DNA of 64,000 nucleotides, taken from Phoronis australis (lineage: Eukaryota > Animalia > Phoronida). Location of the stretch: contig NMRA01000375.1 in the NCBI GenBank assembly GCA_002633005.1, forward strand, positions 332,073 to 396,072, read 5' to 3'. Both the position numbers and the translations under genes were made by a program. Below the pieces are notes generated by a model that was not told the DNA's origin, did no database searches, and was given only the letters and a program-made list of their open reading frames with translations. This document shows positions 25,609-37,362 of this stretch, piece by piece. Position 1 is the first letter of the stretch, and every line of letters starts with the position of its first letter.

Positions 25609-25962
25609 TTCAAAGTTGAATTTCGGTATGTTTAGCTGTTCAATAGACGAAATTTGAATTGGACGTTCTTGCTCATAAAATTGGTCTCGCAGTAATCCTA
25701 AGTACAATATGATTCATTTTAAAATTACCAACTTAAGTCACAGGCAATGCGCGCATGCGCCAGGTTGAAATTCACAATTCCAGGGTTCGATAACCTCAAT
25801 AATGTCGAAGGCGAATTTTTGAGTCTCCGTGTGTTTTCTGTTGTTGACAGAATGAGAATGTAATCACGGTAAGGAATGCTATGAGACTGATTTCACCATG
25901 GGTGTCAAAAACCTAATTCGATTTCAGTTTTTTAGCTTACCATGGAGAAATGCATCTTTGAA
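25609..25962. mobile_element. Decayed foldback MITE (family shared with 41381-41736)
   Basis: Shared internal words gtcacaggcaatgcgc and gtaaggaa..tgagact with 41381-41736; imperfect inverted ends. Confidence 0.5.
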
Positions 25963-27641
25963 AGAAAGAAAGACCAAATAAAGGTGCTGGACAGGAATAC
26001 GTCACAGCATGAACGCTTTAGGCCGCGACTATACATTTTGTGCTAACTTCATGGTAGATATCAGCAGCCGCCCAAAGAGGGCATTATGTTTAAAATCAAT
26101 TGTAAGTTTTAAAATCCAGCGAAGCATCAAAGTATCCAAAACATTTTTTCCTGTCTGAATGTGGCAACACATCAAGTAGTCAGTTTGTTCGTCGCTTATT
26201 TCGGAAAAATATCCTTTAAGTTCACATTATTTTTACGATTTAAAGCTCGAGTCGAGAACAGCAGTAGCACACAGCTGACTTAAGCGTGTGCAATTGATAC
26301 TGGATAAATATTCTCAAATGCAATAGTAACACCATTGATAATACCCACACGAGTGAGAGTTGCGACGGTATGTGAGTTACACGTATACCTAATGTTTGCA
26401 GTTCATAATTTTTCTAGATTCAATGTGACATTATTTGGGAGAAAAGGCAAATTCGATCATGAGGCTCACACGCGCCGTTCCAAACTATCTGCCGTCTGAG
26501 CTACATGCACGCCATTACTTTAGCGCATTTCACATGATATGCAGTAAAATTAAAAAAAAAACAAAAAAAAAAAAACGAAATTTATTGCTTTGGAGCTCTG
26601 GTCAAAGCTGATAACTTTAAAAATCTATTCCATTCAATAATAAAACCAATAATGCGTCGGTCGGCAGTAAAAACGACATGTCTCTTTAAAATAGAGTCAG
26701 GCATTTATTCAGAATTTTGCCAAACCAAGAACAGTTACAATTGTATGAAGCTGATCACAACTTGTTTCAGAATCAGGTGAGAAGTGTATTTTGGGCTAGT
26801 GAAAACTAGCAATTCGTTAGTGCTGCTATTTTGGCTTGAGAAAAAGGTCGACGTATAAAATGGCCTGACGAGACTAGCTACTTAGTATGTAGCTTACTCT
26901 CGAGCAATGCGAATAGCGAGCTGTCACTTATTCCCAAACCCAGAAATTTCTTCTAACAACTTGAACACCCCACTTGAGTAGACTTACATGATTGTCGCTG
27001 AAATGATTGACCAGCGATACTAGAATGTTGAATTATAGGATATGATTCAATTTCCACGCAATACGAGAAACTTTCTCGTCGCAATTGCGCCTTTGTCCTA
27101 TGAAATTTGGAGACTTTGATATCAGGACGTACCGTATAGGCTATAGTCGTATGTTTGCAAAGTCTTGTGCACATGACCAACTTGTATTCTTTGTTTTAAC
27201 CAATGAAAATTGTCTAGTATAAACATTGTGGTTTAAAAACGTTCTAACCTGTCTTCCAGTGATACTAAATAACTATGATTCGTTTCCACTGATTCCCTAA
27301 AACGTAAACTTGTTCATATCTTTGTTGAACCTGGTTTATGTATGCCTAGTGATTTTCTTTCAGGGGAAGTGTTAATTGCACATTAGCGCGTGTCAAATCC
27401 ATATCACCTACACTCCATAATATCATTTTAGCAGAGTTCAGAGTTTGTTACCACATAAGCGTACTGTATTCGGCAGGTTACGTACGCACAACTAAGTCAT
27501 TCTGATGCACAGTAAAAAGTCTCCCTTCCTCACGAGCCGCTAGGACAGTCTCACTAATAGCGTTTCTTTTTTCACGGGCACGTTTATCTGTTTGCACATG
27601 TTGTAGTTCCTTCCGCACGCCCCGCAGTTGTTTTTCTTGCG

Positions 27642-27902
27642 CATGCGCGCACCCGGGGGGGGGGTTGGCTCGCGTGGCTCGATTGAGCCCCCCATTTGGT
27701 GAAGTGAGCAAAAATGTCCGCCTCAGAGAAACAAAAAGTCCTAGAAAACGAGATAATAGTCCAATAAAAAGGAGCAGACGCACAGGTCACAGTCCTGAAG
27801 GTGGTACCACGTTTTTCTAGTCCTCCCGCGTTTTCGCCAGGAAAAGGTCCACATCGTCGGAAATTCGAGCACCCCCCATATTAAAGGCTGGGTGCGTGCA
27901 TC
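27642..27902. mobile_element. MITE with 5-bp TSD (second copy)
   Basis: TIR CATGCGCGCACCC / GGGTGCGTGCATC; TTGCG on both flanks; homologous to 14112-14368. Confidence 0.85.
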
Positions 27903-28088
27903 TTGCGAACCACCTATTCAGTATATATTTTGTGTATCCAACCGATTCGTAACTCTAGGTGTTGTGACACAAGTTATGCTACCGTGTCACATGTGTTGAG
28001 TGGTTCATTTAGTGTCCAGTATCTTATTGTATTATTCCATTTCAGGCGCTATGGGAGCACATTTGCCTGTTTATTTGAATCTTCTCAC

Positions 28089-28688
28089 ATGGCTAGACGC
28101 GGAGTGCGCGAGAACTGTTCGCTGCTTCCTGAATTGACCACCGGGGCGTGCCTCGTGTACAGACGAAGAAGCGACTACAGTGACCTGATAAAACGAGCGG
28201 TCACTAGCAACAACGGGGACAGGAAGTGGAAACGACCACTGAACTATGAAGGGACAAGTAAGGTGTTGACAAAGCGAAAAAATAGTTATTTTGAAAAAGC
28301 TAGTGAGAATGCTACCAGTTTCCGAGAAAAATACGTCGAGTTGGAGCTCAAAGCTATGCGATCAGACACTTACGGAAGACGACTTCCTAAGCTGCCCGAG
28401 AACGTAGTGAACAGCAGAGATTTTGTAGGAACGTGGCTCTCTTTGGGAGCAGGTACTGATCAGATGAGTAAACATTTACCTCAGCAGCTGGACGAGAGCG
28501 TAACGACTGACGTCAGCTCAGCACCGCGGAAGACAGTAGCGCGCGTGACCCAGGGACAGCTGAAATATTACCGTCGGACTCAGAAACAGAAATTGAGAAA
28601 CATTACTGGAGTACCACCAAACACCCCTTACCAAGGTACTCTTAGTATAAGTGAATATTGTTTAAAGTCAAAAGTTTCTCGTAGTTGA
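28089..28688 (+). CDS. Uncharacterised basic protein (~199 aa from first in-frame ATG after a splice acceptor)
   Basis: Part of a 261-codon open frame; acceptor ttccatttcag at 28035-28045; coding-like composition; no family recognised. Confidence 0.5.
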   Translation: MARRGVRENCSLLPELTTGACLVYRRRSDYSDLIKRAVTSNNGDRKWKRPLNYEGTSKVLTKRKNSYFEKASENATSFREKYVELELKAMRSDTYGRRLPKLPENVVNSRDFVGTWLSLGAGTDQMSKHLPQQLDESVTTDVSSAPRKTVARVTQGQLKYYRRTQKQKLRNITGVPPNTPYQGTLSISEYCLKSKVSRS

Positions 28689-28876
28689 AAGTCGTGTGTT
28701 TGACAACGACAAAAGGTAATGACAGGTCTCCTACGTCACTAATTATTAGTTACTAACGGCAGCAAAAAGGCAGCATCGCAGACCCTTCTCAAGCTGTGAC
28801 GTAATTTTGGCATGCGTAACTATACTATGACGCTACCAATAACACATGACGGAGGTGACTTTGAAAAGTGCGTACT

Positions 28877-30001
28877 ATGTCACAGGTTCAAAGCCGATTT
28901 CGTCGCCACTTTAGCTTGTCTTTGGCCCGGTACACTAACCTGCGGATGTTTGTTGAGAGCCAGTGGTGTCGGTTACCCTTGTTGGCTTTCCTCGTATACA
29001 GAGTAGCCACTGCAGTGTTAAGTTTCACACTTCTGATTTGGTTTATGACCGAGAGACGAGAACCGCTGTATGCCGTGATGGAACAGAGAACCTGGGCCTT
29101 GGTCATGTCTGTCCTCTATCTCTGCATGTCTTCCTGTATGGTAGTACGGCACTACCACAAGGGAGTTAAGTCACATAATCAAGTAGGTTGTCCAGCAAGA
29201 AGTCTGCCAAACGTCACCCGGCATGAACAGCGCAGACGCAGCACTATGTCGAGTAAGAGACAAGATACGGCAGCTATATTTGGAAAAACGATTTCTTCAC
29301 CCCACATGAAGCTTCGTTCCGAAGACCACAAAAATTCTAAACTAACGGGACACGTGACTCCGGGCTCTTACATTCGTGTCAAAGCGAAGAATGGAACCCA
29401 ATCAGATGACATCATGACGTCAAGTATACAAGAAGACATACCGTCGGTTGATCTCACAGCTGGTAACGCCCACGAAAATTTAGTGAATTCGGCGAACCAT
29501 CCACCATTGGCGAAAGTCACTACAATAGTCGTTGCAAAATCTTTTCGTCCGTATCTAAAACAGTTTCAGATATTGTGGTTGCTTCAAACTATTTCGTCAC
29601 TTTCAACTCTCGAAATCCCCATGGATCTTTACATTGCCGCCATTCAAGGCATACAACTTCCGTCTACGCCGAGTTTCCGGGTGTTAACGATAGTAGTCCC
29701 ACTCTGGAGTCTCTTGATCGAACCATTCGTCATCAAGATTCCAGTTCGCAATGGACATTTTGTATATTCCCAGATATTCTGGACAATCTATGTGGTGTTA
29801 ATTTTGATACTTGGCGAAAATGTCAGCCCGAAGTTTTATGGCAATGATTTAGGGGTCAAGAAGGATCATGGATGGGTGTTTGCAATAATCATGTTTTCTG
29901 AAATTATTATCATATTTCCGGCTCTAAACGTCCTTCTGTATGGCATTTTTAAGTTACGTCGATACATTCACCGCAGAATGAAGCGACATGATATAAAGTA
30001 A
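28877..30001 (+). CDS. Rolling-stone-like multi-pass membrane protein (intronless, divergent)
   Basis: FVESQW..LVYR N-terminal motif, ILWLLQTIS, IPVRNGHFVYS motif and several hydrophobic segments typical of the Rost family; long hydrophilic insert after the second helix. Confidence 0.75.
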   Translation: MSQVQSRFRRHFSLSLARYTNLRMFVESQWCRLPLLAFLVYRVATAVLSFTLLIWFMTERREPLYAVMEQRTWALVMSVLYLCMSSCMVVRHYHKGVKSHNQVGCPARSLPNVTRHEQRRRSTMSSKRQDTAAIFGKTISSPHMKLRSEDHKNSKLTGHVTPGSYIRVKAKNGTQSDDIMTSSIQEDIPSVDLTAGNAHENLVNSANHPPLAKVTTIVVAKSFRPYLKQFQILWLLQTISSLSTLEIPMDLYIAAIQGIQLPSTPSFRVLTIVVPLWSLLIEPFVIKIPVRNGHFVYSQIFWTIYVVLILILGENVSPKFYGNDLGVKKDHGWVFAIIMFSEIIIIFPALNVLLYGIFKLRRYIHRRMKRHDIK

Positions 30002-31235
30002 AACATTCGATATGTGATTTCTTTTTATTGCATTATGAAAATTGTCGTGTCATAATTAAATTATTGATAAGAAAACATATTACATCAAATTACTCGAGGC
30101 TCCGTTTACGGGGGTGTGATTTTTAAACTAACGCACTCATTGAAAACAGAAACACCTAAGCCATTCCCTTGATTTTTTATTTCGATCACTGTCCGTTTTA
30201 ATAAAATGCAACTATTCAAGTTAAAAATGTTCGCCATACTCCGCGTCAACTGTAAACTGAAAGGCAATCCACAATTTCAACCAATGGGAATAACTGAATG
30301 TTATGACGTCGGTTTCAGTACTCAAACCAATGAGAAGTCATGTTAAACAACATTCGAGTGCACCAATCTACGGGATCCCGATTCTGATTTGAGTCTATCT
30401 AAGATCGACCCATCACCAGATGTTAATACACTGAGTAGATACACGTACCTGACCAGTCAAAACTCGGACAACTGAAGTTCTGACCAAGCAGGAAAATCCA
30501 GTTGTTCCAGTATGAGACAAGCCAACTGACAGCATAACTATATCTGGACTTCCACAGTTTTGGGAGGAGGGAGTGGGTTGGGGCCATACCATACGGATTA
30601 GTCCGAATTTCATTAAACAAAGTTGAAATACATCTGTTATACTTCAGACCTGGAAATATCATCTGTGGAATTTTCAACCTGCATCATAATTTTTGAAACA
30701 TCAATTATTTACAATGTTTGTTAAACTGATAAAAATTATCTAGGTATGAGAAATTTTCGTAGACGCGTAAGCATGCAAATCAGAAACAAACGAAGAAACG
30801 AAATGCCTGAAAAGACATCTCACATGGTACGCGACAGCCTCAAGTTAGAATCAACACAGGAGTTCGAGTTTTCCACAAGATAAAGTGCAAGATTATCCGG
30901 AGTATTCTCAGGAAAATTTCGACAATTCATTTGTCTTTTAACCCATCGAGGAGAAGTCTCATACTTGGAAAACAGCATGTTTTTCATTTCAGTTACATCA
31001 AATGTAAGCTCAGGGGAACCTATAAATGAAACATCGACCCCTTCCAACAAAACTGACTTAGCTGTAAATTTAAGATAAAACTTAAATGTGTCTCAAGACT
31101 GTTTCAAAAAAGAGATCTGAAGTTTGACTTAATTTTTATATAAGTTTTGTCTTTTTTTGACAGTCTTACTGGATGTGGAAATTTCAACGTTTGGAAGTTA
31201 AGTCAAATGTTGACTTAAGTAAAAAATGAAGTTAA

Positions 31236-34200
31236 GATAACTGTGAACCTTCTTTACCAGGTTGTACTTATGAGCAGATACTTTAAATTCTGTTAGCTCT
31301 AACTCCTACAAAGTATATATTTTCTGAAAGGTGAATACATTTCCTAAAAACTTACTTTAAACAGATGATGTTTCTCTGCTCCCCCGTCAATCATCAGCAA
31401 GATGGCGTCTTCACAGCATGTTTCGGCCTTGAACTTGAACACGCTAGGCCCCCGAAGTTGATCAGGCTCCGGTTTGACGGGGATTCTGCCACTGTTTGGT
31501 CTTCTGTAACCACAACCATGACGATGCTGATTTCGCTGCGGCTTCTACCGACTTCATCATAGACTTCCTTGACTTATTTGAAATTTCCAGCATCCTAGGC
31601 ATCCTCCACATGCTTGATGCCAAAAAACCACTATCTCCTACCTCAACTGGTAAACAGAAGTACCTCCATCCATTCCTCGAGCAATCATAGCTCAGCTCGC
31701 TGTACTACATTTCTTTCCTCTCCTGGACTTCATGTATCCTAGTTTCCCATGGCACCGTTAACTCCACCTTCGCCGTATCTGACCACAAAATAATGTCTGG
31801 TCTCAAAGACGTCGAAGCTATGTGGAAAGGGAATCTGCTTTGTTTCCCCAGATCTGCCTCCATGCACCAATCATTAGACATAGATAGGATTCGTCCTGTG
31901 TTGCTAATACCCCTCTTGCAGCCAGCCGTCGTAAAGTCAATAAACTTCTTCACAACCTTCCGCTTGGTTCTCCCCTCTAGGTCTAATGTGTGGGCAATTT
32001 CGTTAAGGACCTTGTTGTGACGCTAAGTGTACTTCCCCTCTGCCAGGGCCACCCTGCAACTGCACAGAACATGTTGTAGGGACTCTACTTCGCCACAACG
32101 GCTACACCTGTCCTATTTTTCCTTCTCCCATAACTTCAGGTTACTTCCCGTTGGTAAGGTGTCGTACACTGAGTGTAACAAAAACCTCAGCCTGTGCTGT
32201 TCCATGTGGAGAAGGTCCGCTGCTGTTATTCTCCTTCCTAGCACTCCTTCCCATGTGGTCCATTCGCCCTGTCTCTTCATGCCTACTGCACGAGCAACAC
32301 GTTTCTCTCCTTCCTCTTCACGAATCTCCGTGAGTACCATATCTCTCTTCTCCTTAACCTTTGTCGCCTTCCACCTAGTTGATGATCTAAAGCCCAAAAC
32401 CTGTCGACCACAACAGACTGAACCAACTATGTCTTTATGTCGGAGGCGACTCTCTGCTCTGTTCACAGCCACTTGGGGTTCCCACTTTCTACCTGCTGAC
32501 ACCTTAATCTCTGATAAGCTGACAAATCTGTCCCTGGAATCTCGGATTATGAGAACTTCCTTTGCTTTTGACACCATAAAGTTCTCAACCAGAGACCTTA
32601 GTGGAAATGATACTGCTGCTGACGTGAAGCTCGCTGGTACTCCCAACCATTTCCCGATACGCTAGTTTGCCTCCCGCTCCATAGCCTCGACTGTTGAGAT
32701 CGGAATGCTGTAAACCGATAGCGGCCACGAGATCTTGGCAGCTAACCGAATTGATAACACCAGAGCTTGAATTTCTCTGGCAAAGTGCACCCGCTGATCT
32801 TCCACAGACTCTCCCTGAACAGGGCCACTGTGCCCCTTGCGTTTATGATGTCGCTTAAACTGCTGTCGTACACCTTGCCTAGATATTTCACCGACTTCTC
32901 ACCCAAGGGCGGAATCCCCTCACCGTTCATACGGAAGGCTCGGTGCTGACTCATTCTCCCGTTCATCAAGACCAGACTTCTTGACACCTTGAACTTCATC
33001 CTACCCCAAACATTTAGTTCTTCTAATTTCTTCAACACCCAACCTGCTCCTACTAATGTTGGTGTAGTAACTGTTAGGTCGTCGACAAATGCACGACACG
33101 GAGGAAGGCGTCTGCCTTATAGAAGAGACCCCCTGCACTGTTTGCTGGCTAGGCGAATAATGAGGTTCACAAATAAGCTGACTGAAATGGTGCACCCTGT
33201 CAATATCCCTTTCTCCAAAGGCATGAAATCTGTTGCGAACTCTTTCGTTGAAAATCGCACCTGTATACTGTTGAAGTAGTCGTTGATGACATTCTGTACT
33301 CCTTCCGGAAAATGATAAGTCGTCATCGCCTTCCTAATTAGTGAATCCGGAATGGAACCATAGGCATTCTATAAATCTAACCACAAACTGCCAAGTCCGA
33401 CTTGTTTGCCTTCGCCTTACCGATCAGCTCCGTTAGAACAACATTATGCTCCAGGCAACCCGACTGTCCTGGTACACCACCTTTCTGCACTGTGGGGTCC
33501 CCAGGGCGTACTTGACAATTCTTGATGCAATCACTGCGAAGAAATTTTGAACTCCACATCAAGCAGGGAGATCGACCTGTAGTCTTTTATAGCCTCTGCA
33601 TCTTTGATCTTTGGGATATAACAACCCTCAGCTTTGCCCCAGTGATCAGGAACTTTCTTCAATTTCCATACGCCTTTTAGTAGCGATAACAGTCTTAATA
33701 GGCTCGGGCACTTCTTGTAAATAATGTAACTCAAACCAGACGGACCTGGGGCTGAACCGGCTTTAGCCTTCATGACGACACTCTTCACTTCAGAGAACTT
33801 AATATTTCCAGTGTCAAGCTGAACTTTTGGCGGAACTTCCTCATCCATCCAATCGAACTCTTCTAGACTGTTGTGCTGGTTCGCGTCGCTATGAATCTTC
33901 ATCAAGTGGTCTTCTAGTTCCATTTTGCTGCATGATAACCGGCCGCTCGTTTCTTTCCCTAACAAGTCCTTGGAAAACTGGTATGGGTTCTTTACAAATG
34001 ACTCTCTTGCCCGCTCTCTACTTTTCCGTTTTCTCCTCAGACGTTCTGCTCTACTAAGTTCGAATAATCTGTCCCTAAGCTCCTCTTTTACTTGAGCTAG
34101 ACCTATCTTCTCAGCTTCCGGGGCCTGTTTCCACAGCTTTGTCAGGTCGCGGAGCTCTGCGCGCAGACTCGCAATATCCTTTTGTCGTCTACTCGGTCCA

Positions 34201-34983
34201 CTCTGCACCTTCGGGGAGCTCTTTCGTACTTGGATTCCTAATCTATCCCTGCGCATATTATAAATGTTCTCCAACATGGTCCCTATCTTCTTATGGTCCG
34301 GGCCCATAAAAACAACCTCTAATGTTGCACTGGCATCGCTATCTAGTTTGGGCCAAGAAATCTTCTTTTTCCGTTTCGTAGACCTTCCGATGTTGGTCCT
34401 TGCTTGTTGGCTCCCTCCTTATTATATTATTCTTATTTACTTGTTCTTATTTTTTCACGATATGCGCTTTTTAGTACTTTTTGTACTTTTAACAGAGATT
34501 TTAAAAAGAATGTTCCTCCAGTGCTATTGGTCTTTTGTCAACATGTCGATAACGGCATTTTCGAGGGAACTGTGCCTCAGATTTTTGAAATAGGTCTTTA
34601 ATTATCGACTTTTTCAAACATTTTGAGCAAACAAAAAAGCGACAGCACTCTTGATTTTTGAAGGCTTCGTTCCGAAAAACTAGGATCTATTTCAAAACTC
34701 TTAGACGCGGCACCCTCGAAAATGCCGTAACCAACATATTAACAAAATACCAATATGATTGGAGGAACAAAATTTTAAAATCTCTGTTCAAGTTCAAAGT
34801 CAATTTATTTTTTTTCTAAAAACGCATATTTCGTGAAAAACTAAAGTCAGTAAACAAGAATAATAAATTGTTTTAGGAAATTCATCCACCTTTCAGAAAA
34901 TATATACTTTGTAGGGGTTACAGCTAACGGAATTTAAGATATTTGCACATAAGTACAACCTGGTAAACAAGGTTCATAGTACC
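31236..34983. mobile_element. TTAA-flanked foldback MITE (Kolobok-like) split by the retrotransposon
   Basis: 31236-31354 plus 34418-~34600 form the left arm, matching the reverse complement of ~34690-34983 (e.g. tttaccaggttgtacttatg / cataagtacaacctggtaaa); TTAA at 31232-31235 and 34984-34987. Confidence 0.8.
31355..34417 (-). mobile_element. 5'-truncated, decayed non-LTR retrotransposon with RT and restriction-like endonuclease (HERO-like, R2 group)
   Basis: RT motifs KAGSAPGPSG, YRSISLLDVE, GCLEH, GILTGCTISV, RAFVDDLT; CCHC finger CSRC-x7-H-x4-C then YT*RHNKVL; RLE LRPDIILWS..VELTVPWE; ORF ends SSWLWL..GA* at 31462. Several stops/frameshifts; possible CTTA TSD (31351-31354, 34418-34421). 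Confidence 0.9.
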
Positions 34984-37362
34984 TTAAGTCAGTTTCTTGG
35001 AACGAGCCTCGTGTCTCATAAAATAAGCTGTGAACGGTGTTCGCCTACATATGTAGTCCTAAACACGACGTAATGTTCGAAAATGGACTTCTAATCGCAC
35101 CAACTGCCTCATTCGATGACAAACGCAAACCAAAACAAACGGTAATTTGAGGCTGGAATTTTTGGATTATTCACTAAGTTCGGGTTTTATGCCAAAGCAG
35201 GCATTTTAAAGCAAAATTCAAACATAACGCAAAGTCGGCTGGGGGTTATTTTGCTATGAATGTACCTTTCTTGCACATGAAAATTTGAATAACATCGTCT
35301 CGTGAAAATAATAAAGACAAAGCAGTAAGAAGCATATTTTTAGAATCTTCAATCTTTCTCCTTTCAGAAAATACGTACTTATAATGGTTGACGATACTTG
35401 ACTTAGAGTTGACTGCCGAGTTATGATTTATTTGAAGAAAGGAAAATTACTTCACACATTTTGACAGATACTTCACTTAGTGAGTGCACTCACATTTAAC
35501 GACATTGGTTTTGTATCAGATACCACTTTTTACAACTGGTTTTTGTAGTTCAGTTTTTACACAGTGTCAGTGGTGATGAAATCCCAATTATACCACGAGA
35601 GAAACCCCCCACCCGGCCCAAAGCCAGTCAATCTGAAGTCATTGTATCTACTGTGTACCACGTGACTAGGTCACTGACCTATTTCTCTGACGGGATTCCC
35701 TAAGCCAGCCATCTTTGCGAATGTGATCTTCGCTCGTCCTCCTTAGTGACGCTGGTCAGTTCCTATCAGCTAAGTCTACGCAATTTAAACCACAGAGGAC
35801 GCCAAGTAGTCACATGGAATTTACATTTCGTGGTCAACAGTTGACCGTTACTCGACGTGAACCTTGACAGTACTTTCTGTCTGAACTGGACCACCGGCAC
35901 CCGAAGCTTGTTCGTAACGGCGGGAGTTCTACTGTGTACAGGAAGAGCAATGCATGGCCTCTTGTCCGGTCCAACCCTGGGCGACACGGACCTTGTTCTT
36001 CACTCATTGAAAGCTGGTACGCATAATATTGTACAAGTTGCAGCGGTTATCGTAGACATTATGAGCTATAGAACTATATAGAAGCCTGATCAGCTGATCA
36101 GTTNTTAGGAAATTCATTCACCTTTCAGAAAATATATACTTTGTAGGGGTTACAGCTAACGGAATTTAAGATATTTGCACATAAGTACAACCTGGTAAAC
36201 AAGGTTCATAGTACCTTAAGTCAGTTTCTTGGAACGAGCCTCGTGTCTTATAAAATAAGCTGTGAACGGTGTTCGCCTATATATGTAGTCCTAAACACGA
36301 CGTAATGTTCGAAAATGGACTTCTAATCGCACCAACTGCCTCATTCGATGACAAACGCGAATCAAAACAAACGGTAAATTGTGGCTGGAATTTTTGGATT
36401 ATTCACCAAGTTCGGGTTTTATGCCAAAGCAGGCATTTTAAAGCAAAATTCAAACATTATTTTTGAGACATAACGCAAAGTCGGCTGGGGGTTATTTTGC
36501 TATGAATGTACCTTTCTTGCACATGAAAATTTGACTAACATCGTCACGTGAAAATAATAAAGACAAAGCAGTAAGAAGCATATTTTTAGAATCTTCAATC
36601 TTTCTCCTTTCAGAAAATGCGTACTTATAATGGTTGACGATACTTGACTTAGAGTTGAGGTCGAGTTATGATTTATTTGAAGAAAGGAAAATTACTTCAC
36701 ACATTTTGACAGATACTTTACTTAGTGAGTGCACTCACATTTAACGACATTGGTTTTGTATCAGATACCACTTTTTACAACTGGTTTTTGTAGTTCAGTT
36801 TTTACACAGTGTCAGTGGTGATGAAATCCCAATTAAACCACGAGAGAAACCCCCCACCCGGCCCAAAGCCAGTCAATCTGAAGTCATTGTATCTACTGTG
36901 TACCACGTGACTAGGTCACTGGCCTATTTTCTCTGACGGGATTCCCTAAGCCAGCCATCTTTGCGAATGTGATCTTCGCTCGTCCTCCTTAGTGACGCTG
37001 GTCAGTTCCTATCAGCTAGGTCTACGCAATTTAAACCACAGAGGACGGATGGTAAGTAGTCACATGGAATTTACATTTCGTGGTCAACAGTTGACCGTTA
37101 CTCGACGTGAACCTTGACAGTACTTTCTGTCTGAACTGGACCACCGGCAGCCGAAGCTTGTTCGTAACGGGAGTCCTACTGTGTACAGGAAGAGCAATGC
37201 ATGGCCTCTTGTCCGGTCCAACCCTGGGCGACGCGTTGCTTAACACGGACCTTGTTCTTCACTCATTGAAAGCTGGTACGCATAATATTGTACAAGTTGC
37301 AGCGGTTATCGTAGACATTATGAGCTATAGAACTATATAGAAGCCTGATCAGCTGATCAGTT
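34873..37362 (+). repeat. ~1.23-1.26-kb tandem duplication joined at an N
   Basis: 34873-36103 and 36105-37362 are near-identical with small indels; the junction base 36104 is N. Confidence 0.9.

Noticed and set aside
32027-32665. 212-aa plus-strand ORF
   Set aside because: Antisense shadow of the retrotransposon ORF.
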